64,000 nt of DNA from a virus. Lineage: Duplodnaviria; Caudoviricetes. Each line of letters begins with the position of its first letter. Positions within the stretch are counted from its first letter, which is position 1. Location: IMG/VR virus record IMGVR_UViG_3300033069_001491, positions 1 through 64,000 of that record; one strand, 5' to 3'. The position numbers and the translations under genes are program-made. The notes under the pieces are model-generated. The model saw only the letters and a list, made by a program, of their open reading frames with translations. It had not been told where the DNA came from and did not search any database. Below are positions 28,152 to 38,357 of this stretch, piece by piece.

Positions 28152-29759
28152 TCACGACAAGGAACCAATGCCTCCCCACGGCAGGTAGAACCCATTGGTG
28201 GTGTGGAGCCACTGTTGAGAAGTGTCGGCCGTCGACCATCGCGACTGACCGGTCGATCTGCCAAATCGAGCAATCGGGAACCTGCCCATCGGCCTGGGTT
28301 CCATCTGAAAGATGGAAGGATTGCCAGCGGCACGGAGATTGTCCCATGCACCTGCCACCAGCTCAGAATCGATCAACTCTGTCGCTCCCAAAAAAGGCGT
28401 GTCAGCGGCAACCGCATCATACCTGATGCTACCCGAATCGTTGCTCTGATCAGAAACGTAGCTGTAGGAGCTGATCGTACACGCCAAAGGACCAAACCTT
28501 GAATCGGTGCAGAAGCTCAACCCCGTGATCCCATCTGCCGAGTGGGTGCCGTTGGCCCAAGTAAGCCCGACGTTTGTCCGTGACTGACCGACAACAAAGA
28601 GGCGCGATGCTGCAGACTGTCCTGGATACAGGACCTCAGCTTCTGGTTGACCAAAAGCCAAAAAAGCATCACACGATCCAGAGGACGTAGTGCCACGTAC
28701 GGCAACTAGACACGTGCCTGTCGAGTCATCGCCCCAGGCGTAGAACCGATATCCAAGCTTTGTACCTGGTGCTAAAGGAGTACTGCCCGTAGTCGCGGCC
28801 ACGGCTGCATCAAGTCCAGGTAGACACCCAACGTAGTCTGATGCTGACGTAAATGGCACGTTGAGCCACTGCAGCGCATGCAGGTGTTGTGAGCCGGGCA
28901 TGCCCATAGTACCAGTCAGAAAATCTCCCATCGATCCACTGAAACCCGGGAATGCCGTCAAGGCGGGACCGCCAGCACTGAGCACGTTGCCGAACCTGAC
29001 GTCTGTCGTCGACTCCACACAAAGGCGTAGCTGCCATCCCAACGTGCCGGGCGACATCAACAACAACCGGGGGACCGTAGCTGAACCTTGGCCTTGGTAG
29101 CCCGAGGTGTTACCGTTACCTGCCATCGCTGCAAAAGCGGCCCAAGCTGCGCCTGTTCGATTCTGCCCACGGTTGGATGCAGTACTGATGTCAGAACTGG
29201 GCGGAGGCAACCACACAGACGCCGACAAGTAGCTACTTGTCTCCAACAACGTAGCAGACGATGTCCGGTAATCGATCTCAACAGCATTACCACTGAGCCA
29301 GTTGGTCGAATCGATGACAGCAAAGATGCCAGAGTTGGCCAACGGATACGCCTCGCTTCGCAATGCGATCCAATCACTTAACAACGGATCACCCTGGGGC
29401 CATGGTCCAGAACCGGAAGGCCAGCCGATCGGGTATGCCGCCTTCTGCAGATCGAAAGCGTCGGTTGAAAACTTCAATAGTGTGTGATCGCCTGAGGCGC
29501 TGACAAGACATGACGGGTTCTGAATGCTGACAAACGACGAACTAACCTGCGTCAGTGAGAATGGTGAAATGGAGGCACTGTAGTAGGCCACCGAAAAGTC
29601 AGCGTACCCGGGTGGTTGTGGCGCGCCAGCTGACGACAAGGTGACGTACCCAAGGACACCTTGCAAGAAAGCCGTAAGGGCCCACATCGAATCGGTCGCG
29701 CCCGAAGCCCAACACTTGGTCCCACCGACCACCAAGTCCCGACAGACGTGAATAGTCAT
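28152..29759 (-). CDS. Cassette protein A, copy 3 (putative virion surface/fibre protein)
   Basis: MTIHVCRD.., NSGIF.V, IDYR, WQLRLCVE, WLHTTNGFYLPWGG; TAATG overlap with 29759..31201. Confidence 0.75.
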   Translation of the reverse strand: MTIHVCRDLVVGGTKCWASGATDSMWALTAFLQGVLGYVTLSSAGAPQPPGYADFSVAYYSASISPFSLTQVSSSFVSIQNPSCLVSASGDHTLLKFSTDAFDLQKAAYPIGWPSGSGPWPQGDPLLSDWIALRSEAYPLANSGIFAVIDSTNWLSGNAVEIDYRTSSATLLETSSYLSASVWLPPPSSDISTASNRGQNRTGAAWAAFAAMAGNGNTSGYQGQGSATVPRLLLMSPGTLGWQLRLCVESTTDVRFGNVLSAGGPALTAFPGFSGSMGDFLTGTMGMPGSQHLHALQWLNVPFTSASDYVGCLPGLDAAVAATTGSTPLAPGTKLGYRFYAWGDDSTGTCLVAVRGTTSSGSCDAFLAFGQPEAEVLYPGQSAASRLFVVGQSRTNVGLTWANGTHSADGITGLSFCTDSRFGPLACTISSYSYVSDQSNDSGSIRYDAVAADTPFLGATELIDSELVAGAWDNLRAAGNPSIFQMEPRPMGRFPIARFGRSTGQSRWSTADTSQQWLHTTNGFYLPWGGIGSLS

Positions 29760-31201
29760 TAGAAGCTCCTGAAAAGTGGGCGGTTAGCGACGTAGGCGTG
29801 GTCCCAAGGCCACATGACGCCTCCGCCAGCGTGGATCCAACGATCAGCACCATCGCCAACCCGGATGCAAAGCGGGTACGTACCAGCCGTAAACCGCACG
29901 CTGCGCAGCCTAGCTCGAGCTAGGCTGAACTGTCCGGCGGCCGATGCCTGACCCGGGACAGACGACATCCCCAAGACCGCTTCAGCCGTCACGAACTTAC
30001 CAAGGCGCGGGTTCTGAAAGAGACTCCAACGAGACGTCACACCGCGTCCCAATGTGGCACCAGACGATGGTGAATTTGATAGGAACGTGGTGCCATTCCA
30101 ACCCGAACCAGTGATCGATCTGACTAGACACGGCCACCTTCGCAGAGTGGCGTCATGTGGACTCGGGAAGAAGCGGTGAGCGGCACCGTACCCTACATTC
30201 GAGATCAATGAGGCCTGTGTGGAACCCACGTTAATAGCGCAGATCGGATTCGGGTCATTGGCCTGAGGGTACAACCGGGTCGGCACCTCAATGTGGAAGA
30301 ACGAACCCTTAGATCCAGGAGAACCACCGTCATAGAGCCACGGACCGCCCACCTGACACATCAAGAATCCGGTACCACCAATCAGAGTGATGAAGCCCGG
30401 CCCTGTAGCACTGCCATGGAACCAATCAGCGCTCACCCAGCCGCCGTACGATGGACCAAGGTTCAATTCAGGAGTGATCTCACTGTAGCTCTCACTAATA
30501 AAATGCGTCCCATCCCACGAACCTGAAGGTGACAGCTGGATGCGAGGCTCCGAAAAAGTGCTTAGACCTTCGTACGTGACGATCTTGGCCTGTGAATTTG
30601 CTTGCCCGACATTAACTTGTGATGCATCGTTAAACTGCAGGACAAAGTACTGGCCAGATGCGTACGGCAGGCCAGAAGCAGAATAGTAATCGATGACTCG
30701 GTAGTTAACACCGCTACGTGTTGTCAACGAAGGAACGGACCCCGAGGTTGAGCCTGCATCGACGGTGCCTCCCACCTGTGGATCGATGATGATTGATGAT
30801 GAATTGATCCATCCAACAATCGGATAAATGCTGTCGTCTGTCGACGTAGACCCAGATTGCCATAACGTCAACCACTTTCCAACGTACGAAGCGCTAAAGG
30901 GAGACGATCCCGTGACAATGAAATAAGGCATGCCAGCCGCTGTCGACCCATCGCTGCCTGATGCCAGCAACACGTTGCTGCCCGACTCAAAGTCTGTCGG
31001 CATGCTGATGTAGCTACCTGTCAACTGTGATGTTGCCATCCACCCAGGAACACGTAGGTCGTTGGTACCGTGCAGACAGAAGCCCCAGAACTCATAGAGC
31101 AGACGCAGGATCCAACCCATGCTGCCCGCGGGCGCGTTTTGCGCGACAGGAGGCACCACATGCGCACGAACGAACTTAGCATTGAGGGGAGGAGCAGCCA
31201 T
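29759..31201 (-). CDS. Cassette protein B, copy 3
   Basis: AKFVRAH, LYEFWGFC, ASGSDG, STDDSIY, FHIEVPTRLYPQ..DPNP, ARARLRSVRF, WIHAGGGVMWPW. Confidence 0.75.
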   Translation of the reverse strand: MAAPPLNAKFVRAHVVPPVAQNAPAGSMGWILRLLYEFWGFCLHGTNDLRVPGWMATSQLTGSYISMPTDFESGSNVLLASGSDGSTAAGMPYFIVTGSSPFSASYVGKWLTLWQSGSTSTDDSIYPIVGWINSSSIIIDPQVGGTVDAGSTSGSVPSLTTRSGVNYRVIDYYSASGLPYASGQYFVLQFNDASQVNVGQANSQAKIVTYEGLSTFSEPRIQLSPSGSWDGTHFISESYSEITPELNLGPSYGGWVSADWFHGSATGPGFITLIGGTGFLMCQVGGPWLYDGGSPGSKGSFFHIEVPTRLYPQANDPNPICAINVGSTQASLISNVGYGAAHRFFPSPHDATLRRWPCLVRSITGSGWNGTTFLSNSPSSGATLGRGVTSRWSLFQNPRLGKFVTAEAVLGMSSVPGQASAAGQFSLARARLRSVRFTAGTYPLCIRVGDGADRWIHAGGGVMWPWDHAYVANRPLFRSF

Positions 31202-31210
31202 TCGACGACC

Positions 31211-32560
31211 TCAGGGCAAAATGGTGCCCTGCCAGGGCAGGTAGACGCCATCGTTAAGATGAAGCCACAGTTGCTGTCCCGCTGTAGCGATCTGGAAGTA
31301 CCCATAGTTGGACCTTCCTAGACGAACCATGGGTGCTTGTCCCAATCGCCGTCCCTCAAGTTGCAACACCATTGCATTGGGACCAGCGGCGTTCGCGGCG
31401 TTGAGGATAGTGCCGGCGAGCAGGTCGACGGGGACCAATTCAGTTGCCGACAAATACGGGCAGTCGCCTGCCGTGGTCTGCGAACGTGCGGAAACGTTTG
31501 AGTAGGCGTTGGCAACCAACCTGTTGTAGAGGCTGTAGGTGCAACTGATAGGTTGGTTGCAGAAACCATACGACATGCCACCGCGACCGCTGGCAGCTGA
31601 TGTTCCGGAAGAAGCTCCCGTCGACCAACCGATCCCAGTAGTGGTCGACGGGATGTTTGCTCCCATTACGAAGAGCCGTTGCACAGTCTTGGGCGGCAGC
31701 GGCTGCTCTTCGTTCTCCGGAAGACCAAAATGAACCATGCCGTCGGCACCACCGATCACAGCACGGGTCGCCATGTAGACGGAACCCGTATTATCGTCAC
31801 CCCAGATGTAGACACGCACCTGAGTTCCACCCGCGGGTTCGATGCCAATCGAGGTGCCATAGTAGGTTGAGTCATGGACGTTAAAGTATAACGGTCCATG
31901 CAAGTGTTGTCCCGCCACCGCAAAATCGCCTGCCGCGTTGCCTGCCACACCCGGTGCAATTGTTGCGACTTGCGGCGTGGTACCCGCACCCAAGTCATAG
32001 CTGTTCTCAAAGCAGATCCTCACCTGCCAAGCCAGAACTGATGGGCTCTGTAGGATGATCCGACTCTGCGTTGCCGAACCTTGACCTTGGTAAGTGCTCA
32101 GGGTTCCATTGCCACTGAAATTGAGCAAGCCGTTGAAGACCGTCTCAGATGCATACAAGGCCCAAGTCAGCCCTGACTCTACGGGCGGGAAATCACCCGA
32201 TCTGTAATTGACAAAGAGCCAGTTGTTGCCAGTGTCAATTCCTGTCACTCGAAACAAGCCCGAGTTAACCATCGGATTGTTAACGCTGCGAATTGCCAGG
32301 ATGCGCCCAATGTCAGAGCCTGACACGACGTAGCCATTGGGTGAGAAGGCATACTCATTTGTTGAGCCTTGGTTGATGCTGCCTGCCGCGCCCGAACCAA
32401 CCTTCAAAGTAACACTATCAATGTTGAAGTTAGTCTGGCCAACTACCGCGTAGCCCAGGACGGTCCGAAGGAAGATGGCCAGGTAATACTGGGCCAGCCT
32501 GGAACAGTTGAGGTTGATCGGATTTCCGATCGATAGAAAATCGCGGCAAACGTGAAGCAT
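31211..32560 (-). CDS. Cassette protein A, copy 2
   Basis: MLHVCRD.., RILAIRSV.NP.VNSGLFRVTG, WQVRICFE, WLHLNDGVYLPWQG; TGATG overlap with 32560..33846. Confidence 0.75.
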   Translation of the reverse strand: MLHVCRDFLSIGNPINLNCSRLAQYYLAIFLRTVLGYAVVGQTNFNIDSVTLKVGSGAAGSINQGSTNEYAFSPNGYVVSGSDIGRILAIRSVNNPMVNSGLFRVTGIDTGNNWLFVNYRSGDFPPVESGLTWALYASETVFNGLLNFSGNGTLSTYQGQGSATQSRIILQSPSVLAWQVRICFENSYDLGAGTTPQVATIAPGVAGNAAGDFAVAGQHLHGPLYFNVHDSTYYGTSIGIEPAGGTQVRVYIWGDDNTGSVYMATRAVIGGADGMVHFGLPENEEQPLPPKTVQRLFVMGANIPSTTTGIGWSTGASSGTSAASGRGGMSYGFCNQPISCTYSLYNRLVANAYSNVSARSQTTAGDCPYLSATELVPVDLLAGTILNAANAAGPNAMVLQLEGRRLGQAPMVRLGRSNYGYFQIATAGQQLWLHLNDGVYLPWQGTILP

Positions 32561-33846
32561 CAGTTGCCCCCGAGGAAGAGGTTGTAGGGTAGGATCGAGT
32601 TATCCCAAGGCCACATCACGCCATTGACGACGTGCAGCCATTCGCCGCTGTTACCGACCCGCTCGAACTGCGGGACAATGGGAGGCAACACCCTGACACG
32701 ACGCAATCGAACGCGTGCGAGCTGATACTGGCTTTGGATCATCGGGTTCTGCAACACCACGTCCGACATCAGGAACTTATTCTGATAAGTGTTGTAGTAG
32801 GCACCGTTGACCGGACCGTTAGTCGCATTCGCCATCGTATTGATGTCGATGCCGTCAAACCGCCGGGCCGCACCAAAGTACTGCATCGTAGTGTTGTCGG
32901 GCGGGTTGTGCATGTAGAAGCCACCACCGTAGTGGTTCGACGCATCAAGCAAAGACGGGACGACGGCCGCGTATACCATCGCAGCCACTGGATTGGGATC
33001 CGTCCCCTGTGGATACAACCGTTGAGGTACTTCGACGTGGAAACCAGAGCTCTGTCCAGTCGTTGAGGCCTTATAGTGCGTAATGATGAAGTCACCCGCA
33101 GCGAAGACGCTGACGTAGGCCGGGCTGTCGTTGGCGGTGAACCAACCACCCGGTTGCAATTCTGTTGCTGGGTCGGAGAAGCCATAGCTGCCACTGTAAA
33201 GTCCCCATGAACCCGAGGGCGACAGAGTGATGCCCACTGCCAAGCTGGGAGACATCACTCTACGAAGCCGAACGTGTGGGCTGGGTTGGTTGGGATTGAC
33301 GAGGCCAGCGTCACACAGTTGCAGGACCAGCGAGCTCGTCGTTGCATAGGTCAGGCCAGCAGGGGCCTGAAAGTCGACCAGACGCCAATTGATGCTGCTG
33401 CGTGTCGTGAAGGATGGGTGCAGCGAACCGGAGTACGGGGTACCACCTTGCAGTACGTTGACTCGAATGGATGACGAGTTGATCCACTGCGTGATTTGGT
33501 AAACACTGTCATCCGTAGATGAGGATCCTGACTTCCAGATAACCAAGTGCTTGTTGACATACGACGAACTGAAGGCCGTAGTGCTCAAAGAACCGAAGAA
33601 AGGCATGCCATCTGTCGTGAAGCCATCACTGCCAGACGCTAGGGTTCCCGTAGTCGCAAATGAGGTCGGCATGCCAAAAACGCCAGACGCAGGAGCGAAG
33701 GAAGCAGAACCGGGCGTCACCAGGTCTGTGTCACCATTGACACAGAAGCCCCAGAACTCGTAGAGCAGCCTAAAGAACCACGCAAATCCCTGGCCCGACG
33801 ACATCGTCGGGATGGAATGGGCTCGGATGAACTTCGCGGTCAACAT
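32560..33846 (-). CDS. Cassette protein B, copy 2
   Basis: AKFIRAH, LYEFWGFCVNG, STDDSVY, FHVEVPQRLYPQ..DPNP, ARVRLRRVR, WLHVVNGVMWPW. Confidence 0.75.
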   Translation of the reverse strand: MLTAKFIRAHSIPTMSSGQGFAWFFRLLYEFWGFCVNGDTDLVTPGSASFAPASGVFGMPTSFATTGTLASGSDGFTTDGMPFFGSLSTTAFSSSYVNKHLVIWKSGSSSTDDSVYQITQWINSSSIRVNVLQGGTPYSGSLHPSFTTRSSINWRLVDFQAPAGLTYATTSSLVLQLCDAGLVNPNQPSPHVRLRRVMSPSLAVGITLSPSGSWGLYSGSYGFSDPATELQPGGWFTANDSPAYVSVFAAGDFIITHYKASTTGQSSGFHVEVPQRLYPQGTDPNPVAAMVYAAVVPSLLDASNHYGGGFYMHNPPDNTTMQYFGAARRFDGIDINTMANATNGPVNGAYYNTYQNKFLMSDVVLQNPMIQSQYQLARVRLRRVRVLPPIVPQFERVGNSGEWLHVVNGVMWPWDNSILPYNLFLGGN

Positions 33847-33883
33847 TGAACTGCTCCTATAGTATCATCGTTAGAACACGATG

Positions 33884-35470
33884 CTAACCACCTTTGACAA
33901 CCCGGGTATTGACGGGTACCTGGCGGTAGTAAGAGTACGTCTTGCGGTATCGGGTCGCATCGATCAGATCGACCCTAGGTGACATCTCAGGAAGAACTGG
34001 GTCGCTGCCCGGAGAAGACGCCGCGTGCGTGGCCAACCCTTCCTGCAACAGCGTGGAACCTGACGTCACCTGTGCTGCCAACACGTTAGCGCCGGCCGGA
34101 GTGGGCCCGCCCCACGACAGGTAAACACCGTCGATAGTGTGGTAGTGGTCGCCGTAAATAGACCACTGGGACGCATTGGCACGGCCCTGCAACAGCATCG
34201 GCAACCTGCCCAAGCGGGCAGGTTGCAGCGGAAAGATCGCAGCGGCAGACGCAGACACTGTCTGGTCGACGGTGCCGATCAGGACTTCTACGTCAAAGAG
34301 CTCTGTCGTGCCAGTCCAGGCAGAAGCTACTGACGATGTCAAATAACGCACGTGCGACCTGTCAGGATTCGAGATGTCACTGTAACAGCTTAGGACACCT
34401 GGGACTGGGTACCCACGCCGGCCGAAGCCTACCACTTGGATGTTGTTGTCAGCGTGAAACTGACTGGTCCATGTCAGACTGGACGCACGGTTGCTAGACC
34501 CGGCCACGAACAAACGCCTGACGTTGAGCGACGGATCACTCAAGTTATTGGGGGAAGGAACGGCTCGGTCATCTTCGCACAGGCCAAAGGCTGCCCAACC
34601 TGAACCACTGGTCGCCGTAGCAGGCAGTGACACATTTCGATTGACGACGACGCATGATCCGGTCAGATCATCGACCATCATTGAGATACGCCAAGAGCCC
34701 GTGGACTCCAAGGCGGGCGATAGGCCAACGACCATTCCACGGTATTGTGGATCAGACGAATTGTAGAACAACGCAGTGTGAAGATGAAGCTTTTGCCCAC
34801 CCCAGGAGGACCGATCAGGCGGCACCTCAAAAAAGTCGCCATTGCCATTGCCACCGAACCCAGGCGCAATCGAGAAGCCTGACGGGCAACAACCTGAAAC
34901 GTCGTGGTTAGACTCCAGGCACATCCTGACCTGCCAACTGGAAGGATCAGGAGACCTAAGGATGACTCGGCTCGCGTTTGACACCACGTCAGGGGCCGGC
35001 GAGAAGGAACCGTACCCAGTCGTGGCATTGGACCCAGAGCGCCACGACCAGGACGCTGTCACTTCATCGACATAAAGTCGCCAGGATAGGTTTGACTCTG
35101 CGATGCTGCCCGTTGTCGACCGATAGTCAACGGTGAGCGTGTTGTTGATAGCGGCGTAACCGGTCACCCTGAACAGGCCAGAGTTGAAGAGTGGGTTTGC
35201 CACTGATCGCAAGGCCAAGATCCGATTGAGATCAGCCGCAGACACTACATGTGATGCAGTGGGCAACTGAACCAACACGGGCGATGTGCCAACAATAGAG
35301 GCATCGGCCCCGCCGGCAACCTGAAGGCTGCCCGACTGTACGTCAAAGTTGGTCTGGCCCACGAATGAGTACCCTCCGCAGCCCACCAGAAAAATCGTGA
35401 GTGCGTACATATTGGTACCAGGGCAGCTCGCTGAGCTAATTGTCAGGAAGTCACGAGTCAGATGTCTCAT
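33884..35470 (-). CDS. Cassette protein A, copy 1, with a C-terminal extension
   Basis: Probable start is ATG 35470 (MRHLTRDFL; ATGA overlap). Contains RILALRSV.NP.FNSGLFRVTG, WQVRMCLE, YHTIDGVYLSWGG and the tail DATRYRKTYSYYRQVP..RVVKGG. Confidence 0.75.
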   Translation of the reverse strand: MRHLTRDFLTISSASCPGTNMYALTIFLVGCGGYSFVGQTNFDVQSGSLQVAGGADASIVGTSPVLVQLPTASHVVSAADLNRILALRSVANPLFNSGLFRVTGYAAINNTLTVDYRSTTGSIAESNLSWRLYVDEVTASWSWRSGSNATTGYGSFSPAPDVVSNASRVILRSPDPSSWQVRMCLESNHDVSGCCPSGFSIAPGFGGNGNGDFFEVPPDRSSWGGQKLHLHTALFYNSSDPQYRGMVVGLSPALESTGSWRISMMVDDLTGSCVVVNRNVSLPATATSGSGWAAFGLCEDDRAVPSPNNLSDPSLNVRRLFVAGSSNRASSLTWTSQFHADNNIQVVGFGRRGYPVPGVLSCYSDISNPDRSHVRYLTSSVASAWTGTTELFDVEVLIGTVDQTVSASAAAIFPLQPARLGRLPMLLQGRANASQWSIYGDHYHTIDGVYLSWGGPTPAGANVLAAQVTSGSTLLQEGLATHAASSPGSDPVLPEMSPRVDLIDATRYRKTYSYYRQVPVNTRVVKGG

Positions 35471-36840
35471 ACTCCGAACCTCCAGGGCCCCTGCGGCAAG
35501 ATTGATCCGTCCCAAGGCCACAGGACGCCATTCGACACGTGAACCCACCCTGGCGTATCGCCCAGTCGAGTGCCTACTCTCATGTCAGCAGTGGTGAACC
35601 GAACCCTTCTTAGCCTCGCGCGACCCGCGCTGAACTGAGACGCCAATGACAGACTGAGGATTCCGTCAGTCGTCAAGTACTCCATGTTCTCGATGTCAAG
35701 GTTGATCGTCGCGAAACGGAATGCCGGCAGAGCGAACTGTTGCCATTGACCTGTGCCGTATGCGTTTCCCGTGTAGTCAGAACGTACGTGAGTGCCCATC
35801 GGCGATCTGACAAGCGTGGTCCACTGTCTGACCACATTCGCGCGATCCAACATGGAAAAGCCGTTGTAATAGGTGCTGGCAACTTGATTGGGTGTTGCGT
35901 TCTGCCAGACGAGCCAAGCGACCGGATTCGGATCAAGTGCTTGCTGGTACAGCCTCTGTGGCACCTCCACATGAAATCCTGATCCTGACGTGAAGGTGCC
36001 TTGTGGGCCGGGCGTGTGTCCTCGTACCTCAGCAATCAGAAAGTCGCCAGCTCCGATCAGGGTGTAAGCAGCACGACCAGTCGTCGCCCCTGATCCATTG
36101 AACCAAGTGTTGATCACTTCGGTTGCTGCATCTGTGAACAGTTGGGTGCTTGCGTTCCACGAGCCGCTAGGCGACACCTGAATCCCAATGTTTCCCTCCA
36201 ACCCGACGCTAGGTCCTACTGTCTGGGTGTGATGTGTCACCTTGACTTGCGTCACCAACTGACCAGGATTAACGGTAGGCGCCGCGGGAAGGTTAAGCAC
36301 CATGTATTTGCCTTCGCCCCACCCAGACAACTGGGTGGCTGCCGCAACATCGACTAGGCGCCAGTTGATCCCATGCCTGTCCCAGAAACACGGGTGGTTG
36401 CCCAACCTTCGTGTCCCTCCACTGTGTACATCTACCTGTAAGTGTGTGGCATCCAAGACGGCGGTAACGCGATAGATGCTGTCGTCAGTAGAGTCACCAC
36501 CTGGCACCCACGTCACCAGGTACTTGTCGATCAGAGAGCCACTATTGACACTGGTGAAATTGACGCTGCTGGCCTGGAAGATGTCAGTACCAAAGCTAGT
36601 AGAACCGTCCGCCCCTCGGGCCAACAACACGGTACTGCCTGACTGAAAGCCGGGTGGAAACGATAGGTCAGCGATCCCACCCGGCTGCGTCAGGCTCGAG
36701 CCTCCGTTAACGCAGAACCCCCAGAACTCGTAGATCAATTTGCTAACAAATCGAACTGCCGTCGTCGGTGTCAGGCTGTTCGACCCTGTCGACGACAGGG
36801 ACTTGACGTACTTGACTGGGATCTGTTGGGCAGTCGGCAT
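35467..36840 (-). CDS. Cassette protein B, copy 1
   Basis: VKYVKS, IYEFWGFCVNG, STDDSIY, FHVEVPQRLYQQ..DPNP, GRARLRRVRF, WVHVSNGVLWPW. Confidence 0.75.
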   Translation of the reverse strand: MPTAQQIPVKYVKSLSSTGSNSLTPTTAVRFVSKLIYEFWGFCVNGGSSLTQPGGIADLSFPPGFQSGSTVLLARGADGSTSFGTDIFQASSVNFTSVNSGSLIDKYLVTWVPGGDSTDDSIYRVTAVLDATHLQVDVHSGGTRRLGNHPCFWDRHGINWRLVDVAAATQLSGWGEGKYMVLNLPAAPTVNPGQLVTQVKVTHHTQTVGPSVGLEGNIGIQVSPSGSWNASTQLFTDAATEVINTWFNGSGATTGRAAYTLIGAGDFLIAEVRGHTPGPQGTFTSGSGFHVEVPQRLYQQALDPNPVAWLVWQNATPNQVASTYYNGFSMLDRANVVRQWTTLVRSPMGTHVRSDYTGNAYGTGQWQQFALPAFRFATINLDIENMEYLTTDGILSLSLASQFSAGRARLRRVRFTTADMRVGTRLGDTPGWVHVSNGVLWPWDGSILPQGPWRFGV

Positions 36841-36859
36841 CAACCACTACATACCCCAG

Positions 36860-38278
36860 TCACAGGATCTGGGAGGCCAACGTCGCCAAGGCGCTACGCT
36901 CGCCCTTCAGCAGAGTGACGTGACCTGCGATCGGGTAGTCCTTGAACCTCTCAACGGCGTATGTCAGGCCGTTGGTGTACGTATCGACATGGACATTGTC
37001 GATCTGTTCGATGTCGCCCGTCAGCACGATTTTAGTACCGTCACCCACTCGGGTGACGATGGTCTTCAACTCGTGCATTGACAGGTTCTGCGCTTCGTCA
37101 ATGACGATGAAGGCGTTCGGAATCGACCTCCCACGAATGAAGGTGATGGCCTCAATCTCGATGACACCCCTCTCCTGCAACAAGGAGAGGTACGAACCAT
37201 CGTCCCGTTGCGGGCGCTCGCCGCGACCATCATTGTTCTTGCGGGGGCGGGTTCGTTTGCTGCCCATCAAGAATCCCAAGTTGTCGCGGATCGGAGCGAT
37301 CCACGGCTCCATCTTTTCCTCCATAGTACCCGGCAGAAAACCGATGTCCTTGCCGACAGGCTGGACAGGACGGGTAACGACAAACTTGTCGTAGCGACAT
37401 TGTTCTTCCGGGTTGCCCAAACCCTTCATTTGGGCCAGGCCCGCGGCCAAGGCGAGCAATGTCTTGCCAGTCCCGGAGGGACCGACCAAAGTCAACAGCT
37501 TGATGTCAGGATCGAACAACAAGTCAAGTGAAAAGCTCTGTTCCTTGTTACGAGGCTTCAACTTGAATGCCTGCTCGATCTTGGCGATCGGAACCAGCGG
37601 CTTTGCGGGATCCGGACACTTGGTGATCGCAGACTTGGTAGTCTTCCCGTCACGGACATTCTTGATGATGACGATCTGGTTCGGGTGCAGTCGACGCCCC
37701 ATCAGACACTGTGGCGGCAGCACAACCTCACCTTTCTGGTAGAAGGCATCGACCAGCGCCTCATCGACCTCGATGACATCTACACCTGTGTAGAACTTCT
37801 TGGGGTCATCGGCCACCCGCATCCGCAAGTAGTCCTCACACTTGATACCGAGGCTGTCGCACTTGACGCGAACGTTGATATCCTTGGAAACCAGGACCGC
37901 GCCCTTACACGACTGGGCGAACTCGATGATCAGGTTGTCAGGTTTGGTGGGATCGAGGCCCGGTTCGTCGATCTTGACCTTAGAACGTCCAACCCGGAGG
38001 GTGCCGCCTTCTTTCAATTCGACGCCGCTCTCAAGGCTACCACGCTCGCGAAGGCTGTCAAGGCTACGTGTCACCTGCCTGACGTTGCGACCGACCTCGT
38101 CGGGACGGCTCTTGTGGCGGTCGAGCTCCTCGAGGACGACCATCGGAATGATGACCTCATTGTCCTCGAATGAGAAGATGGAGTTGGGATCACTCATCAG
38201 GACGTTGGTGTCCAGGACGTACGTCTTTTTTGCACCCATCTGTTCCTCCGGTTGACCCTTCTGCTTGTTTCGTGTCAT
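36860..38278 (-). CDS. phoH: PIN-PhoH (PhoH2-type) ATPase
   Basis: N-terminal PIN YVLDTNVL..ELD..SKD.N; GPSGTGKT Walker A, FIRGRS, IDEAQN, LTGD..Q.D, ERSALA. Confidence 0.92.
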   Translation of the reverse strand: MTRNKQKGQPEEQMGAKKTYVLDTNVLMSDPNSIFSFEDNEVIIPMVVLEELDRHKSRPDEVGRNVRQVTRSLDSLRERGSLESGVELKEGGTLRVGRSKVKIDEPGLDPTKPDNLIIEFAQSCKGAVLVSKDINVRVKCDSLGIKCEDYLRMRVADDPKKFYTGVDVIEVDEALVDAFYQKGEVVLPPQCLMGRRLHPNQIVIIKNVRDGKTTKSAITKCPDPAKPLVPIAKIEQAFKLKPRNKEQSFSLDLLFDPDIKLLTLVGPSGTGKTLLALAAGLAQMKGLGNPEEQCRYDKFVVTRPVQPVGKDIGFLPGTMEEKMEPWIAPIRDNLGFLMGSKRTRPRKNNDGRGERPQRDDGSYLSLLQERGVIEIEAITFIRGRSIPNAFIVIDEAQNLSMHELKTIVTRVGDGTKIVLTGDIEQIDNVHVDTYTNGLTYAVERFKDYPIAGHVTLLKGERSALATLASQIL

Positions 38279-38357
38279 GAACTGTTTTGATTCCTCTTCA
38301 GATTCTTGTACACCGAACGTCCCCTAGAGGACAGTATACTCCACAGGCAGGAATTAC

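Noticed and set aside
28152-36840. Diversity-generating retroelement or invertible shufflon acting on the cassette genes
   Set aside because: No reverse transcriptase, no near-identical template/variable repeat differing at adenines, no invertase, and all copies are in the same orientation with high divergence.
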